Made by a program: the position numbers and the translations under genes | Source of the DNA: an uncultured virus (IMG/VR IMGVR_UViG_3300018424_000013) | Lineage: Duplodnaviria > Heunggongvirae > Uroviricota > Caudoviricetes | DNA length: 20,000 bases | IMG/VR virus record: IMGVR_UViG_3300018424_000013 | Reading direction: 5' to 3' (one strand) | Part shown: piece after piece, positions 18,211-20,000 of the stretch | How the letters are laid out: each line of letters opens with the position of its first letter | Numbering within the stretch: position 1 is the stretch's first letter | Notes under the pieces: model-generated | What the model was told of the DNA's origin: nothing | What the model saw: only the letters and a program-made list of their open reading frames with translations | The model's database searches: none

Positions 18211-19863
18211 TTATGCTCTTACAATGATCTGTACAATATCATCATTTTCCAGTCCAAAACTAAATTTAAAATCAGCTGTAGACATAGAGGTATGATCCAT
18301 TACATAGTCACCAGTTGATGAAGCGTTGTAACCAACATATGCGTCAGAACTAGAAACCAAAAGCTGACCATTCAAGTATACGTCAATAGCATTTGCGGCG
18401 TTTGCAGAAGATACAGCACTTACATCAAACTTAGTACCACCATTTGCATCATTACTCAAAACATTCCCAGCATTCATACTAGCTGTAACTGTGAAAGCAT
18501 TCTTTGAAGAGTTAGCAGCACCACCAGCAGCAGCAAATGCTAGAGTTGCAGTACTTAGACCATCAACAGTAGCAACACTATCAATTTTCAATACCTCTCC
18601 TGCAGAACCTTGTACATTAGGAAGTAAAAGTTGAAAATTGTTGTCTATACTGTCTTGTGCACGTAAGTTGACAAAGTTTCCACCGTTGCTGTCTTCTAAG
18701 AATCTGACAGCACCAGACATTTCTAATCTTTGCTCTTGAAAATTGTTACTTAAGGCAAACTTAAAGCCAGCATTGTTAGCATCAATTGCATCGACGTTAA
18801 CAAAATTAAATTCGCCAGCCCCAACTAGTGCTTGAATACCTCTAGCATTGTTATTAGCTAAATCTCGAGCAAATGTAAAAGATCCCAAAGGTGAATCCAA
18901 AAGTATAGCTGTGCCATCTGATCCGGAAAGTGTAAAATTGCCGCTTGTTTGATTAATCGTACCGATACTTGATCCAGCCAATTGGATGTCGACCTGAGCA
19001 CCGTTATCACCACCAAGTACTGTTCCGTTTGTACCAGAAAGAATTAAGGCAGCGGTTCCTTCAACTCTGATTTGACCATCACTATTTTCAGCCGATATCA
19101 CGATATGATCTGATCCACCAATTTGGATAGCTACATCACTTCCATTATCAACGCCAATATCAACACCAGTAGAACCAGATAAAATACCTTTTGCAGCTGC
19201 AGCAATTAACAAATTGCTTGAGTCAATAGATATAGAGTCGCCCGCATCTTCAACTTCTAATTTACCCAATCTAACTGTTGCTAAATCAGATGTAGCATAA
19301 GAAATTTGTGTCGCACTTGCAGATGTCCAAGTTTTTGAAAATACAAACACATCATTTGGATCACTTTCATCAATAAACAATGCAGAAGACTGTCCCCCTA
19401 CTGTCGGTGATGAAAACAAGATACCAACGTCATTATTTGATGTACCAAATCCATCAGACCCAGAGTTTAATGCAATAAGTGTATCTTGGATTGTTGTATT
19501 TACGGTATCGATAGTTGTTGTTGTACCGTTAACTGTCAAGTTTCCTTCAATTGTAACGTTACTTGAGAAACTACCAGTAGCAGCATATATATTGTTCCAA
19601 TCTAAAGTTGATGAACCAAAATCACGTGTACCATCTGCATCAGGTACTAAATTTTGATGAAAAGTACCAGCAGCAGCATTAGAAAAATCAGCTTTACCGT
19701 GAATTCTCTTAATACCTGCAGCCATATGTGAAAGTATAACTGACAAGTCAGTCGCATTAATATCGTTTTTTTCTGCGGCGGTAATATTTTCGTTAATTCG
19801 CCCAGCGTTTGTTCCAAAAGAACCAGTGATTTGAGGCAATCTCATTTGAGTTTTTATAGCCAT
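18211..19863 (-). CDS. Putative tail-fibre/virion fibre-like structural protein, 550 aa
   Basis: G/S/A/T/N-rich; LVPDADGTRDFGSSTLDWNNIY and GNLTVNGTTTTIDTVNTTIQDTLIALN...DVGI are motifs typical of phage fibre proteins; C-terminal IDVYLNGQLL...GDY...DDIVQI domain; GGAGA SD; own terminator. Confidence 0.65.
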   Translation of the reverse strand: MAIKTQMRLPQITGSFGTNAGRINENITAAEKNDINATDLSVILSHMAAGIKRIHGKADFSNAAAGTFHQNLVPDADGTRDFGSSTLDWNNIYAATGSFSSNVTIEGNLTVNGTTTTIDTVNTTIQDTLIALNSGSDGFGTSNNDVGILFSSPTVGGQSSALFIDESDPNDVFVFSKTWTSASATQISYATSDLATVRLGKLEVEDAGDSISIDSSNLLIAAAAKGILSGSTGVDIGVDNGSDVAIQIGGSDHIVISAENSDGQIRVEGTAALILSGTNGTVLGGDNGAQVDIQLAGSSIGTINQTSGNFTLSGSDGTAILLDSPLGSFTFARDLANNNARGIQALVGAGEFNFVNVDAIDANNAGFKFALSNNFQEQRLEMSGAVRFLEDSNGGNFVNLRAQDSIDNNFQLLLPNVQGSAGEVLKIDSVATVDGLSTATLAFAAAGGAANSSKNAFTVTASMNAGNVLSNDANGGTKFDVSAVSSANAANAIDVYLNGQLLVSSSDAYVGYNASSTGDYVMDHTSMSTADFKFSFGLENDDIVQIIVRA

Positions 19864-19875
19864 AAAAAATCTCCA

Positions 19876-19944
19876 TTTAAGTTATATAATATGTTTAAGT
19901 TTTGTTTTATTCGAATAATACCTAACTACTTACTAACCTAACTA
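19876..19944. repeat. Cluster of short repeats in the leader of the 550-aa gene
   Basis: tttaagtt at 19876-19883 and 19894-19901; perfect palindrome ttattcgaataa at 19907-19918; acctaacta at 19920-19928 and 19936-19944. Confidence 0.5.
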
Positions 19945-20000
19945 GAGACCTTTGCTTTCCCTTCTTAACTGTTTATACTAAGTATGTTGAAAAAAACAAT

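Noticed and set aside
19920..19944. TTAGG telomere-like or CRISPR-like repeat
   Set aside because: Only two short copies, with no array or spacer structure.
1..20000. Stop-codon reassignment, as in some large phages
   Set aside because: Coding density is near complete under the standard code, and TAA, TAG and TGA each end genes right before the next start.

Overview
This AT-rich window has tightly packed genes, all on the minus strand, and looks like part of a large tailed dsDNA phage genome in the standard genetic code (TAA, TAG and TGA all end genes). Read right to left, it opens with a probable virion block: a fibre-like 550-aa protein, a small coiled-coil gene with a basic +1-frame extension behind an A10 tract, several large hypothetical proteins (one with FN3-like domains) and two pairs of paralogous baseplate/tail-fibre-collar-like proteins. 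This block runs directly into a replication/recombination block: a RuvC-like resolvase, a C4-zinc TOPRIM primase, a single-chain Mre11-Rad50 (SbcD-SbcC, T4 gp47-gp46-like) fusion and a small Cys-rich protein. The most notable observations are the Mre11-Rad50 fusion with atypical hook and signature motifs, an apparent split and duplication of the P2 gpH-type (DUF3751) collar domain over four genes, a candidate slippage site, and [S/T]-G-S tripeptide enrichment in some virion proteins. All calls come from motif recognition by eye; no database searches were run.
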